A DNA stretch of 64,000 nucleotides from assembly GCA_041489155.1 (NCBI GenBank), contig JBGPQP010000004.1:1-64000 (forward strand), in the 5' to 3' direction. The position numbers and the translations under genes were made by a program. Below the pieces are notes generated by a model. It was given only the letters and a program-made list of their open reading frames with translations, was not told the origin of the DNA and did no database searches. Numbering within the stretch: position 1 is the stretch's first letter; every line of letters begins with the position of its first letter. The DNA is from Candidatus Aenigmatarchaeota archaeon (GTDB taxonomy: Archaea > Aenigmatarchaeota > Aenigmatarchaeia > QMZP01 > QMZT01). Of this stretch, positions 30,501-39,074 are shown piece by piece.

Positions 30501-31409
30501 TCGAACTCGACTAAGGTGACGGCCAAGAACACGGGTGGATACTCCTACACAGCGAAACTCGAAGCGAACTCGACGGTTGCGGACTTCAATGCGAGCGTAA
30601 CGCCGGCAAGCTATACGCTTTCGCCCGGCAACTCAGGCATTTTCACGGTTGACTTCAGCGTGTCTGCGAGCGCTGAAATAGGCTACTACACGATGACGGT
30701 CAAGGCGTATGCCAGCGACAACGCAAGCGTTTACGCAACGAAAGATATAACCCTTGCGATAGAGCCGCTCGAGCAGACGAAGGCACTGGTCAACCAAACG
30801 TATGATAACATCAAGACTTTGTTCGCTTCTGTAGCGACCCTGTTCAACCAGCTTGCACCCAAGACAGACGACGCGAACTACACCCTAGCCAACAGGACGT
30901 ATTACAGGCTGCTCAACATGCTACAGGACATAGAGAACAACATAAAGCTGGGCAATTACCTGGAAGCCAGGAGCCTCATGGATGAGGCGAATTCGTCTAT
31001 AACGACTTTCAGGCAGCAGGTGGAGCAGCTTTCCGCGGCAGGCGGGCTGCTGTCTTTCCTTGGTGACAGCAACATCCTTACTCTGGTTGCGATTCTTGTG
31101 GTGATAATAGTGATAGGAGGCTTCCTCGCGTACCTTCTGCTGCCGCCGAAGAAGGGCTACCATCCGATTACAGGATACCTGCCGAAAGAAAAGATCTCAG
31201 TCACGCACAAGCTTGCGTATTTCTTCACCCACATAAAGCTCAGAAAACCGAAGATGCCGGGCAGCCAGAGAACGCTGCAGACATACGAGAGGTCGGCTCC
31301 GGCCGCGCCTGCCCCGGTCCAGCCTGACAGGCGATACGCCGAAGGCTACCACAGGCTTGATGAATTCCCGCTGAGCTACGATAAGAGGAAGTTAAAGGAA
31401 AAGAAATAG
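27522..31409 (+). CDS. Large secreted, C-terminally anchored surface glycoprotein (1295 aa)
   Basis: Signal peptide, many N-x-S/T sequons, repeated G.Y.G Ig-like strands, Cys module, helical stalk, single TM. Confidence 0.85.
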   Translation: MFRRDVILFGALALFLTALVFVLPGSALYSTYGNFSVTPDEVSFNWTNVSIIVTSNSSSLIVVVNNTATEIQPRYFTSGEYQVSSPWPTDPQWRNCFSVIGGPSGMKFMAENATGTYAVLTYSGELNNTNSTTFNLTAYQYCPPGLYSGYLYVFKNGAEADKAKIAANVSIPINPQNTFNFTGRYSSFKGSFVESAQNYHSFYLNKSHIVNSTCGTLKLTGFTGDIDIFLFANASLLYKSIKSSGEDEEIECVPWPGEAEKEMMEIRVYGNVTSAYSGYVYFTPLGAANTSNPNQKFNASSPINLGVLDPNSTSQNVPVNISNIDDQAANSVKESAEVYRVDAWTNKNQSGTYRFLVPNFAEKVKVKIEWTSNTTYNLFLSDVNAYLFGNSSQKYKNANKTGSVKEEFVITTSPLNESNDGYWNITVLNTSAIYGSYNVTAYVWMPEDAWFESSYTLGGFSFAPMGSENDSLGFSFNVTVPELYLTNGTYEGFLRYNNTEGWKLQVPFNFKVKAGMLLMDNENMSSSTHVVRDNIGFDRLGAGAIPLNITYNNTGDYPIYYTETNSSNKLYLTSNTSNYIDFVVDEMPEDGSKINNNTGGTMDIRLLLNTSLTNDVAGTYEGNMTFNTTNTTVTSSSYPFKIYTLVLRVVLTNDLSVNITDITPSTINTENATNITTKVSVKLENGTVISYSNPALMNISDFTGMILTEGNYSATGKIYDLTQNRSQADTLLCPSGGECRINWTIPAGAIGGQYFTKVTAQVNTSQIPNGNGKKILTGQYETPNTSVVVNDTGLWLHIVDDEWEDNLYESTSSIYSVRVKNFGPATANKAQIKFYKNTDCPVSISRDSVNCSECGGTYTSTQVPSDSWNLTTLPGYKSDCLCKLSWELTAISVDETEECDVDVRVVTSHKKFEEVSATIYIRTNATSNQGAQQTTTCTTNATCGDTQYCKSGSCISVSCPSGQYAKNHACNKHGPQINITAYATEKIYVLQGGSNSTKVTAKNTGGYSYTAKLEANSTVADFNASVTPASYTLSPGNSGIFTVDFSVSASAEIGYYTMTVKAYASDNASVYATKDITLAIEPLEQTKALVNQTYDNIKTLFASVATLFNQLAPKTDDANYTLANRTYYRLLNMLQDIENNIKLGNYLEARSLMDEANSSITTFRQQVEQLSAAGGLLSFLGDSNILTLVAILVVIIVIGGFLAYLLLPPKKGYHPITGYLPKEKISVTHKLAYFFTHIKLRKPKMPGSQRTLQTYERSAPAAPAPVQPDRRYAEGYHRLDEFPLSYDKRKLKEKK

Positions 31410-31469
31410 CGGATGCAGGCGGGTTTTTATTTTTAACAGGACAATTAATTTAAAGGGAGCAGTGTTTCC

Positions 31470-32282
31470 ATGACTTTAAGGGCAGCCGGTCTCTCGCTTT
31501 TTTTCATGCTTATCTTCACCGCCATAGGCTGGCTGATAGGCGTAATCGTAGGCATGATATTCAGGACCGCGAACGTCATGCTATGGGCCTTCGTCTTCTT
31601 CGTTCTGTCCGCCCTGATGATAGCGATAGGGCATTTTTACGCGCCCAGAATAATCCTTTCGAGATACAAGGCGAAAATCAGCGAGAAGAAGGAGCTGAAC
31701 GACATGGTTGACAGGATGGCGGTGAACGCGAAAATAGAGACGCCGAAAGTCTACATTGCTCCGCTCGACGTCCCCAATTCCTTTGTCACCGGGAGAGGCA
31801 GGGAAGACGCTGCGATATGCGTCACAGAGGGCCTGCTGAGCCTCAACAAGGGAGAGATAGAAAACGTAGTGGCGCATGAGATATGGCACATCGCCAACGG
31901 CGACCTGCCGTCGCAGAACCTCGCAGTCATAATCGCCGACGTGCTTTACCACACGGTGATTTTCATTCCGCTTGCGATTTTTGTTGTAAAGATCACGCTT
32001 TCCGGGAGGCGGGAGTTCAGGGCGGATTACTATGCAACGCGCTACTCGAAGAAGCCGAGGGACATGGCCTCCGCCCTCAACAAGATGAGCGAGATCGCGA
32101 GACAAACCCCCATTGGAGGCTCGCCGGCGATGGAAAGCCTGTGGGTGGTTAATCCTTTCAAAAGGGAGGGCCTGGGCAGGTGGCTGTCCACGCATCCGCC
32201 TACCGCCAGGAGGGCGAAAAGGGTGGAGGATATGGCGCACGAGGGCATGCCCGAAGCGCCGGAAGCGACGGAGGTGGACTGA
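31470..32282 (+). CDS. htpX: HtpX-like M48 zinc metalloprotease
   Basis: PNSFVTG, VTEGLL, AHEIWH, REFRAD and LSTHPP motifs. Confidence 0.88.
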   Translation: MTLRAAGLSLFFMLIFTAIGWLIGVIVGMIFRTANVMLWAFVFFVLSALMIAIGHFYAPRIILSRYKAKISEKKELNDMVDRMAVNAKIETPKVYIAPLDVPNSFVTGRGREDAAICVTEGLLSLNKGEIENVVAHEIWHIANGDLPSQNLAVIIADVLYHTVIFIPLAIFVVKITLSGRREFRADYYATRYSKKPRDMASALNKMSEIARQTPIGGSPAMESLWVVNPFKREGLGRWLSTHPPTARRAKRVEDMAHEGMPEAPEATEVD

Positions 32283-32531
32283 ATGGTGAAAAAAATAACG
32301 GAGAGCATAGACAGGGAGCTGGCTTCGCTGCACAACCAGATCGAGTCCGGCGGGCCGGATATGCACACCGTGTGCGGAAAGCTTGAGCAGGTAATGCGCG
32401 ACCTGAAGGTCTACGATCAGAAAAGGCACAAGACCGACCAGCTTTACGACGACGTAAACAAGCGTTTCGAAGCGCTTGTCCTCTCAATGGAGAAGCTGAT
32501 AAAAATCCTGAAGAACAATGACATGGTTTAG
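32283..32531 (+). CDS. Small coiled-coil hypothetical protein
   Basis: 82-aa ORF with upstream GGAGGT, abutting htpX. Confidence 0.65.
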   Translation: MVKKITESIDRELASLHNQIESGGPDMHTVCGKLEQVMRDLKVYDQKRHKTDQLYDDVNKRFEALVLSMEKLIKILKNNDMV

Positions 32532-32547
32532 TAAAGTTAAGCGTTTT

Positions 32548-33411
32548 TTATTTGCTCATTCTTATCGGAATCCATACGCCGCTTTCCGTGTAGTGACCTA
32601 AACCGCCAAAATCGTAAGCCCTGATCCTGTTTTTGCCGGCTTGTTTCGCTTTGAGCATGGCATTGTCAGCATAATGGACAATCGCTCTTGCGGCTATTTC
32701 CTCGAAATCCTTTCCAAGATCAGGAGCCTTGACGCCTGCCGTCTGCTGCAAACGGATGAAGTCGTATACATTCTTAAGCATCACAAGCGCCTTGTTTTTA
32801 TCTGAACCTGAACGAGAGCAGTATTCGTTTATTCTTGCCATCGTTCTTTCAGCGACGCCGTCACTGTCCAGGAAAGCAGCTATGGTGTCCCTTCCTCTCT
32901 CCCCATAAAGCATCGGGACGCCTACAACATCGCTTGATGTGACGCCGCCGCTTATGGTAAAAGCATAATCATCGGCTATCAACCTTCTTATTTCATCTGC
33001 TGTCATGTAAGCGCCTCTCGTGCTCGTCGATCTCAAAAGGGCCAGGAATTCATCGGCCTTCGTGCTGTTCCTGCAGACAATGTCCGAGGTTCTTAGATTG
33101 TTTTTTAATGAGAGGGCCGTGTTCCTTATGGCTTCGTCGCCTTTCTGGTGACCTTCGTCGTCATTTATGGCTTTGAGGTTGTCGTTGTCAACGAAAAGGA
33201 TGGCATGCGGCTGGCCAGCCCTGGCCGAGGCTGAGAGCTCGATAGGCAGTATCCTGTCAAAAAACTTCCTGTTGAAAATGCCCGTAAGAGAATCATCATA
33301 CAGAACTGCCTGAAGGCAATCAATGAGATAAGCCGCCTTTTTGCCGCCAGTTTCCTTTATGTGCTCTTCCAGCGCATGCGCGGCTTCGTCTATTTTACTA
33401 TTATCAGGCAT
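32548..33411 (-). CDS. GGDEF-domain protein (diguanylate cyclase-like) with KADEF variant motif
   Basis: DSLTGIFNR, FVDNDNLKAINDDEGHQKGD, KADEF, TISGGV and ADNAMLKAKQAGKN motifs. Confidence 0.88.
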   Translation of the reverse strand: MPDNSKIDEAAHALEEHIKETGGKKAAYLIDCLQAVLYDDSLTGIFNRKFFDRILPIELSASARAGQPHAILFVDNDNLKAINDDEGHQKGDEAIRNTALSLKNNLRTSDIVCRNSTKADEFLALLRSTSTRGAYMTADEIRRLIADDYAFTISGGVTSSDVVGVPMLYGERGRDTIAAFLDSDGVAERTMARINEYCSRSGSDKNKALVMLKNVYDFIRLQQTAGVKAPDLGKDFEEIAARAIVHYADNAMLKAKQAGKNRIRAYDFGGLGHYTESGVWIPIRMSK

Positions 33412-33593
33412 ATTTTATTCACTAATAGATAGTTACGTTATTAATTTATAAAGCTTTTTTGCCGCTTTCGAAGCGGCGATGTTTGTCGCTTTTTGGCAAA
33501 ATTAGCCTCAAAAATGCGCCTGGCAGGATAACGATACCTTTATATATATATTATATAGTATATACAGTACTAAACCAAAACGGAGGGATAAAA

Positions 33594-33827
33594 ATGGCAA
33601 ACGTAACATTCGAAACTGTAAAAGCAGAAGAAGTGAAATTCGGTAGGAACAACTTCATCGAGGTCGCAAGAAAGAAAGCAACGACCGACCAGGGTGAAAA
33701 TGAGTTCATAGCAATTTCTCGCGGGTTCTTCCTTCCAGACGGAACGAAGAAATTCAAGAGATCGATTGCAATACCGGACGAAAAGGAAATAAAGAAATTC
33801 ATATCGGAAAGAATACTGGAATACTGA
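33594..33827 (+). CDS. Small archaeal protein, possible PC4-like nucleic-acid-binding fold
   Basis: MANVTFET...NFIEVARK...FIAISRGFF; GGAGG RBS and AT-rich promoter upstream. Confidence 0.75.
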   Translation: MANVTFETVKAEEVKFGRNNFIEVARKKATTDQGENEFIAISRGFFLPDGTKKFKRSIAIPDEKEIKKFISERILEY

Positions 33828-33969
33828 TGCGGTTTGGCTAAAGCTGAACCAAAGGGATACATTGTTCTTTCTTTCCCTTTATTTTCATTTTATTTGATTT
33901 AAGCAGCTGTTATTCTAGCTTCCTTGAAATAAAAAAATTAAACAAAGCTCCAAAAACAGAATGGGGAAA

Positions 33970-34311
33970 TTAACCTATGTAGACGTCTTCCTTTCCTGTC
34001 ACGACCTCGCTCTTCTCGACCTTCTTTAGCTCCTTGGGTATCTTTATCCTGCCGTGCTTCTTCTCGTAGCCCTCGACCGATTTCTTGAGCGTCTCAAGGA
34101 ATATCTTCGCAAACTTCGCGTCCATGATCATGACCTTGTGCTTGACGGCGATGGTCTGCTGGGATTTTCCATGAATCTGGTCTATCCTGGGCGTGTTCTG
34201 CTTGAAGTCGAGAATGAACTTCGAGGGGTTGTAGATTATGCTTATCGCGTCAGTGTAGAAGCCTTCGTCCCTGTGGTCTATCTGGACGTTTATGTTTCTC
34301 TCTTCCTCCAT
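33970..34311 (-). CDS. DUF3467-like protein
   Basis: FYTD...FILDFKQ...AKIF...YEKKHGRI; GGAGGTG RBS. Confidence 0.75.
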   Translation of the reverse strand: MEEERNINVQIDHRDEGFYTDAISIIYNPSKFILDFKQNTPRIDQIHGKSQQTIAVKHKVMIMDAKFAKIFLETLKKSVEGYEKKHGRIKIPKELKKVEKSEVVTGKEDVYIG

Positions 34312-34332
34312 GTTGCACCTCCAAATATCAAA

Positions 34333-35811
34333 TTACCTGAGCAGGTTTAATAAAAGCGGCGATGCGTTAACCAGCATCAAACCCACTATCAGCATTATTA
34401 CCGCGTTCACGAGCAGCTCCTTTGTGCTCCTCCTGATTCTGAATTCCGCAACTAGCTCCTCGAACATCTTGCCACCGTCGAAGGGGACGATCGGCAGGAG
34501 GTTCACGAGGGCGACGTTGAAGCTGAGGAAGAATATCCAGAAAAGCGTAGGCGTGAAGAAGAAGACGGCTTCCGCCTGAAGCCTGTACTTCTCCCTGAAC
34601 TCGTCCTTGAGCTTGGAGGTTTCCTGCAGATCTATGCCTATGTAGCCCCTGCTTGCGTTGTCCGTCCTGGATGCGACGGTCAGGTTGAAGGTGCCGTTGG
34701 ACGTGACGAAATTCACCTGCTGCCTGGGTTTTATCTGCGAGACGGCGAGATTGAAGGATTCGACGTCAAGCGTGGGCATGCCGTTTATTTCTTTTATCAC
34801 GTAGCCCTTATCGAGGACGCCGTAAGCCGGCGTGCCGTTAGCAACGTTAGTTATAATCATGCCGGTAGGCTCGGTCATCATGCCAAGCGCCGGCCCCATC
34901 ACGGAGACCAGCAGCAAGAGAGCGATTAGCGCGACTATGAGGTTGGTGAAAGAGCCTATCGCGTATATCCTCATCCTGCCCCTGCTCCTGTAAAGCTTCA
35001 TGCCCTTCTCGTCCGGCTCAACGAAACCGCCTATGGGAAGCGGCCCCGCGGTAAGGATGCCTGCCGACTTGAGCCTTATCTTGTGCGACCTGGTAAGGAC
35101 GCCGTGCGCGAATTCGTGCGGCACGAGCAGGCATATCATCGCTATCAGAGCCTGCCAGAAGGGGATGAAAATCCCTGTCCCGGGGAAGAAGAAACCCGGC
35201 CCTTCGCTGCTTACCGTGGGCAGCAGCGGCGATACGCCAGGGACGCTGCTCTGCAGCAGGATAATTTTCAGAGCCTGCGAGAACAGCAGGCTGATGAGCA
35301 GCGAGGGAATGCCAAACACGCCGACGAGAACCGAGACGTAAGGCTTGAGGAAGCCCATGTCGGAAAGCATGGGGAAAATTTCAAACGCTATGACGCCCAT
35401 GACCACGGCAGCAGCTGCCAGGTGCATCAGTTTTCTTTCGCTTCTCCTCAGCAGATAAACGCCTGCAGCGAGCACGCAAACGCCGATTACCGCAGGCAAA
35501 ACGCCGAAGGAAAGGTACGTGAAAATCAGCGCTGCTGCGCCGAGCACGAGGGCGACGGACCATGTGTTACGGTATTTCGCGACGTAATAGCCTCCGACCC
35601 CTCCGAACGAAACCACTATTGCGATGTCGCCCAAGAATTTCCAGAAATAAGGCGAAAGCCTAGCGATGTTGTCGACGAACCTGAGGCCGTGCCTCGTCTC
35701 TATCATGAAGAAGACGTTGAAGAATCTTTTGTAACTTGTCCTGCTTAGCAGGATGAGGCCTATCAGAAAGGCGGCGATGCCTATTATTATGTAAGAATCA
35801 ACAAATTCCAT
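34333..35811 (-). CDS. Site-2 protease (M50) with PDZ domain
   Basis: HEFAH, GGFVEP, GSFTN and NLLPIVPFDGG motifs. Confidence 0.92.
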   Translation of the reverse strand: MEFVDSYIIIGIAAFLIGLILLSRTSYKRFFNVFFMIETRHGLRFVDNIARLSPYFWKFLGDIAIVVSFGGVGGYYVAKYRNTWSVALVLGAAALIFTYLSFGVLPAVIGVCVLAAGVYLLRRSERKLMHLAAAAVVMGVIAFEIFPMLSDMGFLKPYVSVLVGVFGIPSLLISLLFSQALKIILLQSSVPGVSPLLPTVSSEGPGFFFPGTGIFIPFWQALIAMICLLVPHEFAHGVLTRSHKIRLKSAGILTAGPLPIGGFVEPDEKGMKLYRSRGRMRIYAIGSFTNLIVALIALLLLVSVMGPALGMMTEPTGMIITNVANGTPAYGVLDKGYVIKEINGMPTLDVESFNLAVSQIKPRQQVNFVTSNGTFNLTVASRTDNASRGYIGIDLQETSKLKDEFREKYRLQAEAVFFFTPTLFWIFFLSFNVALVNLLPIVPFDGGKMFEELVAEFRIRRSTKELLVNAVIMLIVGLMLVNASPLLLNLLR

Positions 35812-35834
35812 ACAAATATTTTGTTCTCAGAAAG

Positions 35835-36416
35835 TTAAATAGCACGACGCTTTTTTTCGGGCAGGGCCTGAAATTCTCGTAGGATTTTTCCAAAAACTTT
35901 TTTCATCTCGGGCGTTTGTATGTTCTGCCGCCCGTCCTCGAAGAACTCGCTGAAATCGATTCTAGGGTTCGTCGTCGCGTACGCCAGCGCCTGCATACAC
36001 ATCTCCAGCTTGTCCAGGTCCCTGACGAACTGCGCCTCCTTCGTTTTCCGCTCTTCAAATTCCTTCCACAGACCGGTGATTTCCTTCGCCGTTTCATCCG
36101 GCAGGAGCGAAACGATTTTTTTCATGCCTTCTTCCTCGAGTTTTTTCTTCATCTTACCGGGCATCGTCCTGTCCTCTTTCCTGATCCTGCTGGGGATGTC
36201 GCCGGAATAGGCCTCGCACAGGTCGTGGACAAGCGCGAGCTTCACGCACCTGCCGGAATCCAGGCCCGTCTGTTTCGCATAGACGTAAGCCAGAACAGCC
36301 AGCATGAAGGAGTGGTCGGCAACGCTCTCGGACGCTTTAACGCCCTTGAGAATCCAGCCTGCCCTTTTCAGGTGCTTGAGTTTCAAAACTTTTGCCGCAA
36401 AATCCAGCAAATCCAT
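35835..36416 (-). CDS. HD-domain hydrolase (YfbR/HDDC2-like 5'-deoxynucleotidase)
   Basis: RAGW, ESVADHS, HDLCE...GDI and DLDKLE motifs. Confidence 0.9.
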   Translation of the reverse strand: MDLLDFAAKVLKLKHLKRAGWILKGVKASESVADHSFMLAVLAYVYAKQTGLDSGRCVKLALVHDLCEAYSGDIPSRIRKEDRTMPGKMKKKLEEEGMKKIVSLLPDETAKEITGLWKEFEERKTKEAQFVRDLDKLEMCMQALAYATTNPRIDFSEFFEDGRQNIQTPEMKKVFGKILREFQALPEKKRRAI

Positions 36417-36502
36417 AAAATCAATATTGTGCAGGGTTTTTTATAGGACTGGGCACATTATTTAAAATCCAGACACATAATAAACACTGCAAATAAATAG
36501 AT

Positions 36503-36680
36503 GCGGGGGTACCCAAGCGGTCAAAGGGGCTAGGCTAAGGTTCACGGCTTTGTCGTAATCTGGCCTGAAGAGAGGGTTAATCCCTTGATGATTAGAAACC
36601 TAGTGCTTTAGTAGCTTCCAGGGTTCGAAAGCGCATGAAGTAGGTAAAACCTGCTTCGCTCGGAATTCCCTGCTCCCGCA
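36503..36680 (+). tRNA. tRNA-Leu(AAG) with two BHB introns: 36541-36597 (37/38) and 36630-36666 (59/60)
   Basis: GCGGGGG/CTCCCGC acceptor, A73, long variable arm; BHB helices CTAA/TTAG and TTCG/CGGA; spliced anticodon loop CT AAG GA. Confidence 0.88.
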
Positions 36681-36726
36681 TTAAATTTATATATTCGCCT
36701 GATAATATTTAGAGATAATTAGCACA

Positions 36727-37515
36727 ATGGTGATTTGTTTGAAAATCAAGGTCATCAGCAAGAAGGGAGAGAATTTCAGGTTTCTTCTGGAGGGGGCGAA
36801 TCCCGCCTTCGCAAATACGCTCAGAAGGATAATGATATCGGAAGTACCGAACATGACCATCGATTCTGTCGAATTCCAGGACAACACGTCAGCGCTGTTC
36901 GACGAAATAATCGCGCACAGGATGGGCATGATACCTTTGCAGTTCGATCCGGACAAGTTCAACGTCATGAAGGACTGCAAATGCGAGGGCAAAGGCTGCC
37001 CGTCATGCCAAGTTTTCTTCGCGCTGGAAAAGACAGGACCGGCGATGGTTTATTCATCCGACCTGAAATCATCGAACAAGAGCGTAAGGCCTACTTCACC
37101 GGATTTCCCGATAGTCAAGCTGCTCAAGGACCAGCACCTGAAGATGGAAGCGACCGCGAGGCTCGGAACCGGCAGGGAGCATGCCAAATTCCAGTCAGCC
37201 AACGTGGCTTACAATTATTTGCCTACCATAGAGGCTTCAAGCTCAGAGGATTTCAAAAGGGTCGTAAGCGCCTGCCCCAAGGGCGTGCTGGAAGTAAAGA
37301 ACAGGAAGCTTGTTCTGGTCGACCCCTACGCATGCAACGAATGCAAGATGTGCGAGGAAACGGACGAGGGGGTAAAGATGAAGGGGGATCCGACGAAATT
37401 CGTGTTCAAGGTCGAGAGCATCTCGGGCCTTGAGCCGGAGTACATAGTCGAGAGGGCCGTGCAGATTCTCGAGGAGAAGGCGAAGGACTTCAAGGAACAA
37501 CTGAAGGAAGTGTAG
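36727..37515 (+). CDS. rpoD: DNA-directed RNA polymerase subunit D (Rpo3) with Fe-S insert
   Basis: ANTLRR, NTSALFDEIIAHRMGMIPL, GREHAKF, CPKG...CNECKMC; may start at TTG 36739. Confidence 0.95.
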   Translation: MVICLKIKVISKKGENFRFLLEGANPAFANTLRRIMISEVPNMTIDSVEFQDNTSALFDEIIAHRMGMIPLQFDPDKFNVMKDCKCEGKGCPSCQVFFALEKTGPAMVYSSDLKSSNKSVRPTSPDFPIVKLLKDQHLKMEATARLGTGREHAKFQSANVAYNYLPTIEASSSEDFKRVVSACPKGVLEVKNRKLVLVDPYACNECKMCEETDEGVKMKGDPTKFVFKVESISGLEPEYIVERAVQILEEKAKDFKEQLKEV

Positions 37516-37516
37516 C

Positions 37517-37714
37517 ATGACGCTGAAGCTCATCGTCTCCTGGATTTTCGGAGGGGCGCTGATAGCAGCGGCCGCGTGGATTCTTGGCCATCTCGACGAG
37601 ACACTGGGCGTTTCGCCTGCATCGTACTGGACCGCGTTTTTCCTTGCCTTCGTGCTCATACTCATAGGCGGCCTAGCGTGGATAAGCGTCGCCACGGCGA
37701 CGTCGAAGCACTAA
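37517..37714 (+). CDS. Small two-TM membrane protein
   Basis: 65 aa with two hydrophobic helices, abutting rpoD. Confidence 0.7.
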   Translation: MTLKLIVSWIFGGALIAAAAWILGHLDETLGVSPASYWTAFFLAFVLILIGGLAWISVATATSKH

Positions 37715-37797
37715 CACGGGAATAAATTCTGAAAAAGCGGTCTGATTCTTGGAAACATTCGCAAGGAATAAAAAGGGGTTGCGACCAATAATAAAGC

Positions 37798-38016
37798 ATG
37801 TTGAACGAAAACGAGATGCAGATACTGGGAGTTTTCAGCCAGCGCCTCCTCATCAGAAGGGACGAGCTGAGAAGCGTCCTTGCTGAGAGCGGCGTCAACG
37901 ACGGCACGATGACGATAAACAGGCTCAGTAGCCTCGGATACCTGAAGTTCATCGAGGCCGTGGGCGCTCCGTGCTACACGATAACGCAAGAGGGGATCAG
38001 GGCACTTAAAAAATAA
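37798..38016 (+). CDS. Small winged-helix-like protein
   Basis: INRLSSLGYL...YTITQEG wHTH pattern. Confidence 0.65.
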   Translation: MLNENEMQILGVFSQRLLIRRDELRSVLAESGVNDGTMTINRLSSLGYLKFIEAVGAPCYTITQEGIRALKK

Positions 38017-38103
38017 GTTATAAGCCCCTTCTTTCTTATTATAAATTACTTAGCACAACGTAGATACGCTGATGCAGGTTGAACCTGCGTCTTTTGAGAC
38101 GTT

Positions 38104-38129
38104 AGCCCCGTGTTGTAGCGGTCAAGCAT
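38104..38129 (+). repeat. Duplicate of the tRNA-Gln 5' exon (direct repeat of 39060-39085, 24/26 identical)
   Basis: agccccgtgttgtagcggtcaagcat versus agccccgtggtgtagcggccaagcat. Confidence 0.92.
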
Positions 38130-38159
38130 AAATTTAAACATACAAATTCAACTATATAT

Positions 38160-39074
38160 ATGAGGGTAAAACTTTTAGATGGCAAACAAAGAGCATTAAT
38201 AGAGCAAGTAAAAAATAAAAATAATTTTAATTTTAAAGAACTTTCGACATTTCTACGCGTCAATGGAGCAGCATTAAGAGAATGGTATTATGAAAGATGT
38301 CTTTTACCTTACAATATTTTTAGAAAGTTAGATGAAGAAAAAAACTTCGAAAAATTTATAATGGAAATTAGAGAACAGAACTGGGGTCAAAGAGATGGGG
38401 GTAAAAAATCATATGGGAACACAAAGAAAATAAAAAAACCGCTTTTCGACGAAAGATTGGCAGAACTCGTGGGTATTTTATTAGGAGATGGCAACATCTA
38501 TTCGTATAGAAATGTGAAAAACGGTAAAGTAATATCGACGCATAGTATAAGAATTTGTGGTGATTCCAGAAATGATCACGAGTATGTAACGGAACATGTT
38601 TCAAATTTGTTACAAAATCTTTTTGAAATAAAAACTCGTTTGTACAAAAGTAAAAAAAGAAACGCAGTTTATGTAATAGCTGATGGAATTGAACTAGTGA
38701 AATTTTTCAATTCATTTGGCTTGAAACCCGGAAATAAGATAAAAAACAATCTTACGATTCCAGAATGGATATGGCAAGATCCAGTATTTTTGAAATCTTG
38801 CATACGTGGTTTATTTGATACGGATGGTTCAATCTATGAATTAAAACCGCATTGGCCGGGTTTGATTCAAATATCGTTCAGAAATTATAATAAACTCCTC
38901 CTGAAAGATGTAGAAAGAGCCTTGAAACAATTAGGTTTCATTACATCGAAAATACATGACAAAAAAATTTGCATAACGAAACAAAATGAAGTTGATAAAT
39001 TTTTTAAGGAGATAAAACCTAATAATCCTAAACACGTTAAGAAATATGAAAAAATCAGAAGCCCCGTGGTGTAG
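38160..39074 (+). CDS. Two-motif LAGLIDADG homing endonuclease (DOD/intein-like) with N-terminal HTH-like region
   Basis: LAELVGILLGDG and IRGLFDTDGS motifs; strongly AT-rich; last codons (SPVV*) are encoded by the tRNA-Gln 5' end. Confidence 0.92.
   Translation: MRVKLLDGKQRALIEQVKNKNNFNFKELSTFLRVNGAALREWYYERCLLPYNIFRKLDEEKNFEKFIMEIREQNWGQRDGGKKSYGNTKKIKKPLFDERLAELVGILLGDGNIYSYRNVKNGKVISTHSIRICGDSRNDHEYVTEHVSNLLQNLFEIKTRLYKSKKRNAVYVIADGIELVKFFNSFGLKPGNKIKNNLTIPEWIWQDPVFLKSCIRGLFDTDGSIYELKPHWPGLIQISFRNYNKLLLKDVERALKQLGFITSKIHDKKICITKQNEVDKFFKEIKPNNPKHVKKYEKIRSPVV

Noticed and set aside
38071..38091. GATGCAGGT-TGA-ACCTGCGTC hairpin upstream of the tRNA fragment as a split-tRNA leader
   Set aside because: It is self-complementary and I saw no partner half with a matching leader in the window; it may be a terminator or a pre-tRNA leader.
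38160..39074. The LAGLIDADG ORF as part of an intein or group I intron
   Set aside because: There is no host protein frame or intein terminal motif, and no group I core was recognisable; the flanks are tRNA repeats and BHB motifs.
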